A stretch of DNA of 64,000 bases, from contig CAWDML010000001.1 in the NCBI GenBank assembly GCA_963803435.1, positions 1,888,001 to 1,952,000 of the forward strand, read 5' to 3'. The translations under genes were made by a program, and so were the position numbers. Shown here piece by piece: positions 48,424 through 58,421 of this stretch. The number at the start of each line of letters is the position of its first letter. Within the stretch, counting starts at the first letter, position 1. Origin of the DNA: an uncultured delta proteobacterium (GTDB taxonomy: Bacteria > Myxococcota > Kuafuiibacteriia > Kuafuiibacteriales > Kuafuiibacteriaceae). The notes below the pieces were generated by a model that saw only the letters and a program-made list of their open reading frames with translations, was not told the origin of the DNA and did no database searches.

Positions 48424-51255
48424 ATGAAACGACTCCTCTTCTGCCTCCTCTTCACGGCGTGCGACTGCAACGGCGGGATGACCACGCCGCCCTGCACCAT
48501 GGATGCGGACTGTCGCATGGGCGAGCGCTGCACCATGGACGGGACCTGCGTGGTCGGCGCCGAGTGCGTGAACGATCAGGAGTGCGTGACCCAGGATCCC
48601 CGGAAGACCTGCAACCTGGAGACGTTCGCCTGCGACTTCCGCGAGGGCTTCGGCGACGCGTGCGACGCCGCCCGGCCCTGCCCGTTCGGCGAGTTCTGCT
48701 CCACGCTGCTCGGCCTCTGCCTCGACAACGCCTCGAGCCGCGACTGCACGCGGCGGGCGCAGTGTCCGATCAACCAGATCTGCGACCGCCAGGCGGACAA
48801 GTGCATCCCGGATCCCGGCTGCTACGGGGACGCGTTCTGTGAGACGGGCGAGACCTGCGATCTGGTGAACCACGACTGCCGCGCGCTCTCGATCGAGTGC
48901 ACGAGCTGCGTGCTGACCGGGACCTGCGAGGGCACCGCGCTCTGTTACGTGGACACCAAGGAGTGCCTCACGGGCGATCAGGAGGCGGCCTGCACGGAGG
49001 GAGAGACCTGCGACCCGCTCGGCCGCTGCGTCCAGTGCGCCAACAGCACCGAGTGCGGGCCCGGCCTGTTCTGCAACGTCTCGATCGGCCGCTGTGAGAG
49101 CAACGTCCAGTGCGCCGACGATCCCAGCCTCTGTCCCGACACGCCCGAGGTCACGTGCGTCATGTGCGAGAGCGGGCAGGTCTGCGACCCGATCACGAAG
49201 CACTGCCAGGCGCCGCCGACGATCTGCGAGACCGACGTCGAGTGCCCGAATGATCAGGTCTGCGATCTGGCGGTCGAGCCCCACGTGTGCAGGCAGCGGA
49301 TCCCGGACTGCCTCAACGATCTGCTCGACGAGCCGCGGAACGACAACGTCGCCTCCGCCCACCTGCTGGAGTCGGGCACCAGCGACTTCACCGAGCTCAA
49401 GGTGTGCCCGGGCGACGTCGACTGGTACCGGCTCGACATCGATCCGGGGACCTACCTGACGATCGACGCCCGCTTCCACGAGCTCGACGGCGACATCGAC
49501 ATGCAGCTGTTCCTGGCCGACGGCCATACGCTGGTCGACGAGTCCCGCACGGTCACCGACAACGAGCGCGTCGAGGTCTTGGTCGGGACGCAGCTGACAC
49601 TGTTCCTCAAGGTGTTCCTGGCGGTCCCCACCGTGCGCGACGTCCCCTATCGCCTGGTGGTGGCCCGCGATCCCGGCGAGATCTGCATGGACGATGCCAA
49701 CGAGCCGGACGACGGCCCGATCGACGCGAAGCAGCTCTTCAGCGACATGCCCTACGAGGGCCGACTCTGCTCCGCCGACCCGGACTGGTTCGTGCTCCGC
49801 AACGTGGCGGCCGGGACGCGCATCGAGGCGACGCTCGAGTTCGTCGACAACCTCGGCGACCTGGATCTGGAGCTCTATCGCGCCGGTCAGACCGCACCCC
49901 AGATCGTGGCCAACTCGACCGACGACGACGAACACCTCGGCTACGACGCCAGCTTCGGCGGCAACTTCTACCTGCGCGTGGTCGGCAAGGGGACCGACAC
50001 CAACGTCTACACGCTCCGGGTGGTCCTGCGCGAGGGTCAGGGCGGCGTGTGTCTCGACGATCCGTTCGAGCCGAACGATACGCCGCTGACGGCGACCTCG
50101 AGCGGCGCGGTGGTGAACCGGATCAGCGATCTCACGCTATGCGCCGGAGATCAGGACTGGTACCAGGTCCACCTGGCGCCGAACGACGCGATCACGGCCG
50201 ACATCGGCTTCGACCCGCATGCGGACCTCGACCTGGCGCTCTACCCGGCGGGCATCACCAACCCCAACGTGACGCCGCTCGAGATCTCGAACAGCACCGA
50301 GCCGCGGGAGTACCTGGCCCGCCGCGACGCCTTCGGCGGCGACTTCCTGCTCCGCGTCTATGGGCACCGGCAGCAGGACCTCAGCCCCTACCAGCTCGAC
50401 GTGCGCACCGGGCCGCTCAACACCTGCGCGCCCGACTTCATCGATCAGATGGGTCGCGGCGACAGCATGGCCGACCCGTTCTTGATCCAGAACCCGCCGT
50501 TCCCGCCGCCGCCCTTCCACGAGAACCTCACGATCTGCGGCGCCGACGACGACTGGATCCGCGTGTTTCTACCGGGCGGCAACGTCAACTACATCCAGAC
50601 GCACTTCCTCAGCTCCGACTCGATCGTGGACTTCCAGCTCTGGCAGGGCACGAGTCAGCTCTTCACCTCGTTGGGCCAGCCGTTCGCGAACTTCCGCGAG
50701 GCGATCGTGACGATCCCCGGTGCGGGCATCGCGGTGGCGGACATCCACATCGTCCGGACCACCGGCGTGAACGGCCTCTATTCACTCTCGCTGGATCTGG
50801 CGCCGGTCTTCCCGTGCCTCGACGATCCCTACGAGCCGGACAACAGCGCGCTGATGCCCTCGATGGCGGCCAGCTCGAGCACCGCGCCGGTGTTGATCAC
50901 CGATGGGACGCTGTGCGCCTCGGTCCGAGACGCCACCGACACCGGGGACGAGGACTGGTACGTCCTGAACCCGCCGGCCGTGGGGGCACGGATCAACGCC
51001 TCGGTCGAGTTCACCGACGGCGACCTCCTGCTCGAGCTCTTGTCCCCGGGCGGCTTTGCCCGGGCCTGCACGAACCTCGGCCCCGATCGCTGCTACTCCG
51101 ACGGCGGCGGTTTCAGCGAGATGGTCTCCTTCACGGCCACCACCACGATGCCGTACTTCCTCCGCGTCAGCAGCATCTACAGCTCGCCGAACGTCCAGGT
51201 CCGCCCGCCGAACATCGACACTTCCTACCAGCTGAGTGTCGGTTACACTCCGTAG
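48424..51255 (+). CDS. Cys-rich-repeat lipoprotein with multiple PPC-like domains
   Basis: Lipobox FTAC; Cys-rich N-terminal ~290 aa; repeated DxxEPND...C-GD-DW(Y/F)...DLDL modules. Confidence 0.85.
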   Translation: MKRLLFCLLFTACDCNGGMTTPPCTMDADCRMGERCTMDGTCVVGAECVNDQECVTQDPRKTCNLETFACDFREGFGDACDAARPCPFGEFCSTLLGLCLDNASSRDCTRRAQCPINQICDRQADKCIPDPGCYGDAFCETGETCDLVNHDCRALSIECTSCVLTGTCEGTALCYVDTKECLTGDQEAACTEGETCDPLGRCVQCANSTECGPGLFCNVSIGRCESNVQCADDPSLCPDTPEVTCVMCESGQVCDPITKHCQAPPTICETDVECPNDQVCDLAVEPHVCRQRIPDCLNDLLDEPRNDNVASAHLLESGTSDFTELKVCPGDVDWYRLDIDPGTYLTIDARFHELDGDIDMQLFLADGHTLVDESRTVTDNERVEVLVGTQLTLFLKVFLAVPTVRDVPYRLVVARDPGEICMDDANEPDDGPIDAKQLFSDMPYEGRLCSADPDWFVLRNVAAGTRIEATLEFVDNLGDLDLELYRAGQTAPQIVANSTDDDEHLGYDASFGGNFYLRVVGKGTDTNVYTLRVVLREGQGGVCLDDPFEPNDTPLTATSSGAVVNRISDLTLCAGDQDWYQVHLAPNDAITADIGFDPHADLDLALYPAGITNPNVTPLEISNSTEPREYLARRDAFGGDFLLRVYGHRQQDLSPYQLDVRTGPLNTCAPDFIDQMGRGDSMADPFLIQNPPFPPPPFHENLTICGADDDWIRVFLPGGNVNYIQTHFLSSDSIVDFQLWQGTSQLFTSLGQPFANFREAIVTIPGAGIAVADIHIVRTTGVNGLYSLSLDLAPVFPCLDDPYEPDNSALMPSMAASSSTAPVLITDGTLCASVRDATDTGDEDWYVLNPPAVGARINASVEFTDGDLLLELLSPGGFARACTNLGPDRCYSDGGGFSEMVSFTATTTMPYFLRVSSIYSSPNVQVRPPNIDTSYQLSVGYTP

Positions 51256-51260
51256 TCGCC

Positions 51261-52354
51261 GTGCTCGGCGTCCTCGCGCTGCTCGCCATCGCCCAGACCA
51301 GCACCACTACGCCCGAGGTCCGCACGCTGCGCGTGGTGCTGCTCCCCACCTACGCCAAGCCGCTGGCCCGGGGCCCGAGCGCGCTCGACGGCCACCTCCT
51401 GCGCGCGTTCACCGTCGCGCTCCACGACCAGGCCCGCGAGACGTTCCACTGGCGGCGCTGGTCCGTCCCCCCGCGCGGATCGTCGCCAAGGCGGTGGACG
51501 ACTGGGGCGGCCAGACGAAGTGCCTCGACGCCCGCTGCTACGACGGCATCGCGATCAAGCTGCAGGCGACGCACTGGCTGGCGGCCCGCCTGGTGGAAGG
51601 TCCCAAGCGGAGCTGCTTCGCCACGGTGGTGCTCGAGGATCTCCTCGAGGGCGAGCGCGACTATCGCGCCCAGCGGAAGATCGCGCCCTGCACGATCGAC
51701 AACGCGGTGGCCGCCGCCCAGGATCTGGGCCGCCAGGTCGCAAGGGGTCCGCGCACGCCGATCCGCATCACCGAGAGCTTCACCGACCTCGCCGCGCCCT
51801 CGCTCTCGATCCCCTCGCTCCCCGATCTGAAGTCGCTCGCGACCAGCACCACGCCCCGCGACCGCAAGGACCTCACCCTCGACCGCGCCCTTGGCGTCTA
51901 CAAGCGCCACTACCTGATCGCGTTCAGCCAGGAGCTCGACGACGACTGGCACACCTTCGTCGCCCGCAACGGCAAGCTCGTCGACGAGTGCACCGTCCGC
52001 AAGGCCGCCGGTCTCGAGATCTCCGACGCCCTCGACGAGTACTGCCACGGCAACAACTGGGAGTGGGCCTGGCTCGGCGTCCCCGTCGGCGCCGTCGTCT
52101 CCCTCGGCTCCATCCGCGGCCTCCAACACGGCACCGCCCCCGGCGTCCTCGGCTTCGTCTTCGGCGCCCTCGCCTCCCTGGTCTCCGGCACCCTCGCCCT
52201 CGCGCTGAACGTGGACTCCGCCGATCCGAAGAGCGGCGAGTACTGGTCCCACTGGCTCGACCTCGAGCGCATGGTGGAGACGGGCAACGAGGAGCTGCGG
52301 AGGAAGCTCCACCTCAGCGCGGCGGAGGTGGAGGCGGCGGGGATGCGGCGGTAG
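51261..52354 (+). CDS. hypothetical exported/membrane protein (frameshift near 51465)
   Basis: Signal-like VLGVLALLAIA; adding one C to the C6 run joins the frames; C-xx-xx-C module and two C-terminal hydrophobic helices. Confidence 0.65.
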
Positions 52355-52388
52355 GCCCGTGATCAGGCTTCGCTCGAAGCCGACGACG

Positions 52389-52688
52389 TAGAACCGGTCC
52401 GAAAACGTCCGAATCGTTGTCAGGGTGGTCAGTGGACGGCGCTTCCGCGCGGATTCAGCTCCGGGTCGACGTGTCACGCTCGGTTCCAGCGATGGTGTGC
52501 AGCGGGACTCGTCAAATCGATCCTTGCGGAGCTGCTTCGGTACTACGACAAGCGGCGCGGCATACAGTGGGCATGGAGCTCGCTTGATAGCGCGATGGCA
52601 AAGGCACCCAAAGGGGGATCTGACGGGCCCCAATCCCACCGATCGCGCCAAGTCCGGCGTGAAGCGGCATATCCTCACGGATGGGCGC
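52389..52688 (+). mobile_element. IS5-family (IS427-group-like) transposase remnant
   Basis: GQWTALPRGFSSGSTCHARFQRW...LDSAMAKAPKGG, then -1 frame at AAAGGGGG: TGPNPTDRAKSGVKRHILTDG; terminal-repeat-like TAGAACCGGTCCGAAAAC; both ends of the transposase missing. Confidence 0.85.
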
Positions 52689-53150
52689 TGGCGGCGGAGA
52701 ATCTCCCTTCATGAGCTGAAGACGAACAGCGAATGCCAGAACAAGTGCAACAGGGAATAGCGAACGGAACGGATGTCTGGCGCTTCGGCCCGCAGCAGGA
52801 AGCCCGCCTCGTGCAGGATCCGTCGCACCTCGTGTTGCAGCTCGAAGCCGCACCTCCAGCGTCCCGTCTCCCTTCTTGGCTGACCCGTCAGGGCAGGATG
52901 AGAGACGGCGCTATGGCGTTGCGACTCAGGGCCCCAGGAAGGGTTGTGTCCAGGGGGAAGTTGGGGAAAGGCGACCGCCGCTCGTGAGTGATGCCGCACT
53001 TGGGGCCTCGCCGGGAGCGGGAGCGCGCCACCTCTGCGCAACGCACCCCGATCCGATCGCCGACCCGCGATCGATCACAGTCCGCTCGAGACCAACCCGC
53101 GACGACTTCGTCCCTCCGAAGCCGACGACCGCGGTGCCAGCCCAGCGCCC

Positions 53151-56117
53151 CTAAAACCGCGTTCCTCTCCACTTCCGGAGCGCCTCCAGCTGCTCGTCCA
53201 TGCGCTTGTCCGATCGCATGTGCGCTTCGGCGGCGCGGACCAGCGCTCGGGCGCGGGGGCGATCGTGGCCGGAATCGTAGAGGGCCTGGCCGAGGAGGGC
53301 ATCGATCCAGGCCAGGTCGCCGGGGTCGTTGCCGCGGGCAGCGGAGAGCGCGTGGGCCTTCTCCAAGGGGAGGATCGCGTCGGCGGGATGGCCGAGGGCG
53401 AGGTGGGCGCTGGCGATGGTGCGGAGGAGATCGGCGTCGTCGTGGTCGGAGCCGAGCAGGCGGGCTTGCATCTGCTCGCTCTCGGTGGCGGCGGTGAGAG
53501 CGGCGGCGGGCTGGTGGAGGTCGAGGTCAATCAGGGCGAGGGTGTGGAGGGCCTCGGCGATGCTCGGGTGCTCGGGTCCGAAGAGCGTGTGGTAGCCGGT
53601 CAGCGCGCGCTCGAGGGTGGACTTGGCGTCGGCGGGGCGGTCGTCCGTCTGGAGCGCGAGGGCGAGGCTCTCGAGGTGGCTCAGGGTGGTCGGGTGCTCT
53701 GCGCCCAGGAGCTTCTCGTCCATGGCCACCGCGCGCTCGATGATCGCGACGCTCTCCTTCGTCTTGCCCTCCCAGCCGTAGACGAGGCCGAGGTTGTGAA
53801 GCGTGTTGGCGATGCTCGCGTGCCCGGGTCCGAAGACGTGCTCGCGGACCGCGAGGGCCCGCAGGTAGTGCTCCTCGGCCTTCGCGTATTCGCCTTCGAG
53901 ATACTCGGCGCCCGCGATCGACTCGTAGGTGGCGGCGACCTCCGGGTGATCGTCGCCGAGGACCTCCTGGACCTGCGCCAGCGCCTCGGTCTGATACGGG
54001 ATGGCGCGCGCCGGCTCGTCGCGCTGCAGCGCGATCCACGCGAGGGTCCGGAGCGGCTCGACGGCGCGCAGGTCGTCGACGCCGAAGCGGCGGCGATAGA
54101 GGGCGAGGCTCCGCTCGGCGTCGTGCTGGGCGTCGTCGAACCGGCCTTGATCGGCGGCGATCTGGGCGGTCGCCATCGCGAGCGCGGCCTCGAGCTCGTC
54201 GTCGCCGCCGAGGCGTGCCAGCGCCGCGGTCACCCGCGGGACCATCGCGAGGGCGTCCCGCGGGCGGGCGCGATCGTGCCCGATGACGCCGATCAGCCGG
54301 ATCCAGGTCTCCGCTGCGATCCGATCGCAGCGGGCCGCCTCCGCCGTCCAGAGCGCGCGGTCGAGGCTCTTCTCCGCCAGGTCGAGATCGCCCATCTTCT
54401 CGGCGAGCCCGCCCAGCCGCGCGGACGCCTCGGCCTCGAGCGGGCGGTCGCCGATCGCCTCGGCCTTCTCTGCGATGGCGCGCGCCGCGGCCAAACCGTC
54501 GGCGTAGCGGCCCACCGCCTCGAGCGACCCTGCGCGCCCCAGCTCGACCGCTACCGCCTCCACCTCTCGGGCTCGCGCCGGCTCCGGGGGCGGGCAGCTC
54601 ACGGCGAGCGAAGCGGCGGTGGGCCCACAGGCGCTCAGATCGGGGAGCCTCTGCGCCGCCTGGACCGCGTTGTCGAGCGTCGCGCGGTCCGCTTCAATCA
54701 GCCGATCTCCGAGGGCGCGCACGTCGCGGAGCCGTGCGTCGAGGCAGGCCATCCTGCGACCCAGGAGCTCGTCCGACTGTTCGCCGCGGATGCGCGTCGC
54801 CTCGCAGGCCTCGGTCCGCATCTGGACCCACCGGTGCGTGTACGCATCGAGCGCTTCCGCCACCCGCTCGAAGGACGACGCCGCGTAGCGCTGGCCGGTC
54901 GCGCGGAGGCCGGACTCGATCGCGCGCCGGCGGGGTGCATCCCAGACCCCGGCCAGGCGATCGCCGGCGCTGCGACAGACCCGTCCCGCGTCGGTGAAGT
55001 GCTGGGCGGCCGCCGCCGTCGCGATCACCAGCGCGAGCGCGGCCGCGGCCAGCGCGATCCGGCGCGGGCGCCGCCACGGGTCGCGGGCGAGCGCCGCGAT
55101 CAGCGCGTTCATGGTGGGGAACCGGTCCTCGGGCGCGATCGAGAGACCTCGCGCCAGCGTGCGATGGAGGTGGCGCGGCACGGTCGAGCCCCGGGGCGGA
55201 TCGGGCACGCGACCGCTCGCCATCGCCTCGCGGAGCGCCTCCCAGGTGCCCCCCGAGAACGGCCGATATCCGTAGAGGCCGAAGTACAGCGCGACGCAGA
55301 AGCTGAACTGGTCGCTCTTCGCGTCGGCCTCCTCGCCGCGGTGCTGCTCGGGCGCCATGAACGCCGGCGTACCGAGGAGCGTCCCCTCCTGCGTCAGCAA
55401 GGTCGCGACGCCCGAGGACGGGGCACCGCCGCCCTCGCCACCGGCTCCGCTCGCAGGCGCGCGCGCCAGGCCGAAGTCGGCGACGCGCACGCGGCCGTCG
55501 GCGCCGAGCAGCACGTTGTCGGGCTTGAAGTCGCGGTGGACCAGCCCGGCCGCGTGCGCGGCGGCGAGGCCGCGGCCGGCGTCGATGAAGCGATCGAGGA
55601 CCTCCCGCCAGGGACGCTCCGCGCGCGCGAGCCAGGCGGAGAGCGTCTCGCCCTCCACGTACTCCATCGCCACGAAGATCTGATCGCCGACAGTACCCAC
55701 GTCGTAGGCCGCCACCACGTTCGGGTGCTGGAGCCGCGCGAGCGCCTGCGCCTCCCGCCGGAGGCGGCTCGCGAGGGCCCGCCGCGGGCGCGGGATCTTG
55801 AGCGCCACCTTCCGCTCGAGCTCGGGATCGTGGGCCGAATACACGATCCCCATCGCGCCCTCAGCCTCGCGCTCGAGGACGACGTAGCGGCCGACGCGGG
55901 CGCCGGGCGCGAGCGCCTCGGCCTCGGGGCCACGCGGGCCGGTGGGCGCCTCGCGGTCCGCGGTGTCGGCGAGCGCCGAGAGCAGCTCGCGGCAGGCGGT
56001 GCATCCGGCGGCGTGGGCTTCGATGCGCGCGCGCTCGGCCTCCGATGCGCGGCCCTCGAGGAACGACAGCACGGCCTCGGTCTCGAGACACCCGGTGGTG
56101 GTTGTCGAGCCGGTCAA
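53151..56117 (-). CDS. Ser/Thr kinase with N-terminal zf-HC2, TM helix and extracytoplasmic TPR array
   Basis: HAAGCTAC; VALK, HRDFKPDN, DFG, GTPAFMAPE; LAGVWD; kinesin-light-chain-type TPRs (LGDDHPEVA, FGPEHPSIA); start approximate (TTG). Confidence 0.92.
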   Translation of the reverse strand: MTGSTTTTGCLETEAVLSFLEGRASEAERARIEAHAAGCTACRELLSALADTADREAPTGPRGPEAEALAPGARVGRYVVLEREAEGAMGIVYSAHDPELERKVALKIPRPRRALASRLRREAQALARLQHPNVVAAYDVGTVGDQIFVAMEYVEGETLSAWLARAERPWREVLDRFIDAGRGLAAAHAAGLVHRDFKPDNVLLGADGRVRVADFGLARAPASGAGGEGGGAPSSGVATLLTQEGTLLGTPAFMAPEQHRGEEADAKSDQFSFCVALYFGLYGYRPFSGGTWEALREAMASGRVPDPPRGSTVPRHLHRTLARGLSIAPEDRFPTMNALIAALARDPWRRPRRIALAAAALALVIATAAAAQHFTDAGRVCRSAGDRLAGVWDAPRRRAIESGLRATGQRYAASSFERVAEALDAYTHRWVQMRTEACEATRIRGEQSDELLGRRMACLDARLRDVRALGDRLIEADRATLDNAVQAAQRLPDLSACGPTAASLAVSCPPPEPARAREVEAVAVELGRAGSLEAVGRYADGLAAARAIAEKAEAIGDRPLEAEASARLGGLAEKMGDLDLAEKSLDRALWTAEAARCDRIAAETWIRLIGVIGHDRARPRDALAMVPRVTAALARLGGDDELEAALAMATAQIAADQGRFDDAQHDAERSLALYRRRFGVDDLRAVEPLRTLAWIALQRDEPARAIPYQTEALAQVQEVLGDDHPEVAATYESIAGAEYLEGEYAKAEEHYLRALAVREHVFGPGHASIANTLHNLGLVYGWEGKTKESVAIIERAVAMDEKLLGAEHPTTLSHLESLALALQTDDRPADAKSTLERALTGYHTLFGPEHPSIAEALHTLALIDLDLHQPAAALTAATESEQMQARLLGSDHDDADLLRTIASAHLALGHPADAILPLEKAHALSAARGNDPGDLAWIDALLGQALYDSGHDRPRARALVRAAEAHMRSDKRMDEQLEALRKWRGTRF

Positions 56118-56132
56118 GGCCTCCCTATTATG
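56102..56132. promoter_or_regulatory. probable bidirectional promoter between kinase and sigma genes
   Basis: + strand TTGTCG-N18-TATTAT; - strand CATAAT over the same bases. Confidence 0.45.
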
Positions 56133-56963
56133 CACGCCAACGTGGGGGACGCTGCGCCGCTCGTCGAGCTGGTCGAGTCGATCGTCACACACGCGCGCGA
56201 GGCCTGGCCGGGTGTCGAGCAAAGCGCGACCGAGCTGCTCCCGCACCTCGTCTCGAAGCTCGAGCCCGAGCGCCCGCCGGAGGAGGCGATGGAGGCCCTT
56301 CACACCGAGGACCTCTTCCTCGCCCACGCCTGCGTCCTGGGACGCCCGCGGGCGCACGAGGCCTTCGACGCCCTCGCCGCCGGCGTGATCGACCGGGCGA
56401 TGGCGCGGCTCGACGGCGGTGAAGCCGTCGCCGACGAGGTCCGCCAGCGCGTGCGCGAGCTGGTGCTGCTGCCCCGCGAGGACGGACCGCCGCGCATCGC
56501 CGACTTCTCCGGCAAGAGCTCGCTGGCCGCCTGGGTGAAGGTGATCGCGGTGCGCGAGGCGGTGCGGCTGATCAAGGAATCGCGCCGCGATGTGCCCGCC
56601 GACGACGACCAGCTCGCCGAGGCCCTCGCGCCCGACGCGGGCCCCGAGCTGGCGTACCTCAAAGGGTTGTATCGGGCGGAGTTCCGCGCCGCGGTGCGCG
56701 AGGCGATCGAGCTCCTCTCCGACCGCGAGAAGGTCTTGCTCCGCCAGAACGCGCTCGACGGCGTCAGCATCGATCGACTGGCCGCCCTCCACGGCGTGCA
56801 CCGGGCCACGGCGGCCCGGTGGATCCAGCGCGCCAAGGCCTCGCTCCTCGCCGGCACTCGACAGGTTCTCCTCGACCGGCTGAGAGTGTCGCCGCCGGAG
56901 CTCGAGAGCATCCTCCGTCTGATCGAGAGCCAGCTCGAGGCGAGCCTCGACGTCCTGCTCTGA
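56130..56963 (+). CDS. ECF-type sigma-70 factor, Myxococcales family (TIGR03001-like); start 56130 or 56142
   Basis: LHTEDLFLAHAC, PRIADFSGKSSLAAWV, PELAYLK, SIDRLAALHGVHRATAARW, LIESQLEASL. Confidence 0.9.
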   Translation: MHANVGDAAPLVELVESIVTHAREAWPGVEQSATELLPHLVSKLEPERPPEEAMEALHTEDLFLAHACVLGRPRAHEAFDALAAGVIDRAMARLDGGEAVADEVRQRVRELVLLPREDGPPRIADFSGKSSLAAWVKVIAVREAVRLIKESRRDVPADDDQLAEALAPDAGPELAYLKGLYRAEFRAAVREAIELLSDREKVLLRQNALDGVSIDRLAALHGVHRATAARWIQRAKASLLAGTRQVLLDRLRVSPPELESILRLIESQLEASLDVLL

Positions 56964-56966
56964 CGG

Positions 56967-57185
56967 CTATTCAGGCTGACAGCTGCGCTTTCCCGTCTCC
57001 ATCTTCTGCTGGCACGAGAAGCCGCTGCAGCAGTCGGCGTTGCCCTGGCACGCGGCACCCTGATTTCCGCAGACCCGCGCCGGCTCGTCCGGGATCATGG
57101 GCGGCTTCGGTCCGGCGTGCGCGACGGCGCCCAGCCCTGCGAACAATGACAGCACCATGACCAGCTCGATAACGATATTCTTCAT
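56967..57185 (-). CDS. small secreted six-cysteine peptide (knottin-like framework)
   Basis: Signal peptide ending AHA, Pro-rich spacer, C-X6-C-X5-CC-X4-C-X10-C; AGGAGG upstream; exactly fills the intergenic gap. Confidence 0.8.
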   Translation of the reverse strand: MKNIVIELVMVLSLFAGLGAVAHAGPKPPMIPDEPARVCGNQGAACQGNADCCSGFSCQQKMETGKRSCQPE

Positions 57186-57240
57186 CCTCGTGTCCTCCTA
57201 TCGGTGAGAGGAGGGCTCGAGCCGCAGGTCGCAAACTTTC

Positions 57241-58392
57241 TCAGATCAGCTCGCGCGTGATCTCCGCCAGCCGCGGTCCGCTTCGCTCCCAGGTGAATGG
57301 CAGCACGCGGGCCCTCAAGCGCTGGGGATCGTGGTCTTCCGTCAACACCTGATCGAGCGCACGCGCGAGCCGGCCGGGATCCTCGGGTGGCACCAGTCGT
57401 CCCGCGGTGTCATCGACGAGCTCCGAGACCCCGCCGACGTTGCTCGCGACCACCGGCCGGCCCACCAGCAGCGCCTCCGCCACCACGCAGGGCAGACCTT
57501 CGCTGCGGGAGGGGAGCGCAAGGCAGCTTGCCATTGCGTAGCGCGCCGGAAGGTCCGACTGCTCCAGCTCGCCGGAGAACGTCACGCGCTCCGCGATCCC
57601 CAGGCGCGCGGCCTCGCCCCTCAGATCGAGCTCGCCCGGGTCAGGGCCGATCATCTCGAGGCGCGCGCTCTTGTTCTCCATCAGAGCCAGCGCTTCGAGC
57701 AAGATGTCGACGCCCTTGGCGCGGGTGAGGTGCCCGACGAACAGGATCGACGGCGGACGATCCTTCGCGCGCGGCGCCAGCGGGAAGAGCTCGGCCGAGG
57801 CGGTGAACGGAAGCACCTCCGCGCGCGCTCCCAGCAGCGCCAGGTCTTGCGCCAGGTGGTTCGAGACCGCGAGCACGCGCGCCGTCGAGGCGATCGCGCG
57901 GAGCGCCCGGCGCTTGCGACCGCTCCCCTCGATCACGCCTTTGGCCGCGTTCACGTCGGACCCGTGCGCCACCGCGATCGCAGGCGCGCCGAGCACGCGC
58001 GCGGCCATCGCCGCCGTGAAGCCGCCCTCGTCGAGAAAGGATCCGTGGAGGACGCGCGGTCGTCCGGCCCGCGGGCGGCGCAACAGATGGGTCGCGATCG
58101 CCGCGGTGGCCGACTCGGTGGAGCGTCGCGGGAGCGGCACGTACGGGATCAACGTGGGGCGCGGTATCAGCGCCAGCAGTCTCGCCTCGATCCCCTCGGG
58201 CCAGCGCCCCTGCACCTTGCGCAGCTGAGAGAACGGCACGGGGATCAGGACGTCGACGTCCAGATCTTCGGTGCGGACGAGGGCCTGAACCGCCTCCCAG
58301 GCGAACTCCGGCACCGGGCGCAGCAGGCTCCTCCGAGGAAAGATGACGTGTGCGATCAGCGTCCGCTTCACGCGCGGGCGGAAGCTTGCCAC
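57241..58392 (-). CDS. GT4 family glycosyltransferase
   Basis: HGSDV, FVGHLTRAKG, PSRSEGLPCVVAEA, PVVASNVGG. Confidence 0.92.
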   Translation of the reverse strand: MASFRPRVKRTLIAHVIFPRRSLLRPVPEFAWEAVQALVRTEDLDVDVLIPVPFSQLRKVQGRWPEGIEARLLALIPRPTLIPYVPLPRRSTESATAAIATHLLRRPRAGRPRVLHGSFLDEGGFTAAMAARVLGAPAIAVAHGSDVNAAKGVIEGSGRKRRALRAIASTARVLAVSNHLAQDLALLGARAEVLPFTASAELFPLAPRAKDRPPSILFVGHLTRAKGVDILLEALALMENKSARLEMIGPDPGELDLRGEAARLGIAERVTFSGELEQSDLPARYAMASCLALPSRSEGLPCVVAEALLVGRPVVASNVGGVSELVDDTAGRLVPPEDPGRLARALDQVLTEDHDPQRLRARVLPFTWERSGPRLAEITRELI

Positions 58393-58421
58393 CGACCAAC
58401 TCGAGACGGTAGGTCCGCGCC

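Noticed and set aside
53151-56801. 1216-aa kinase overlapping the sigma gene
   Set aside because: The first ~230 codons are antisense to the sigma factor; the recognisable protein begins near 56117.
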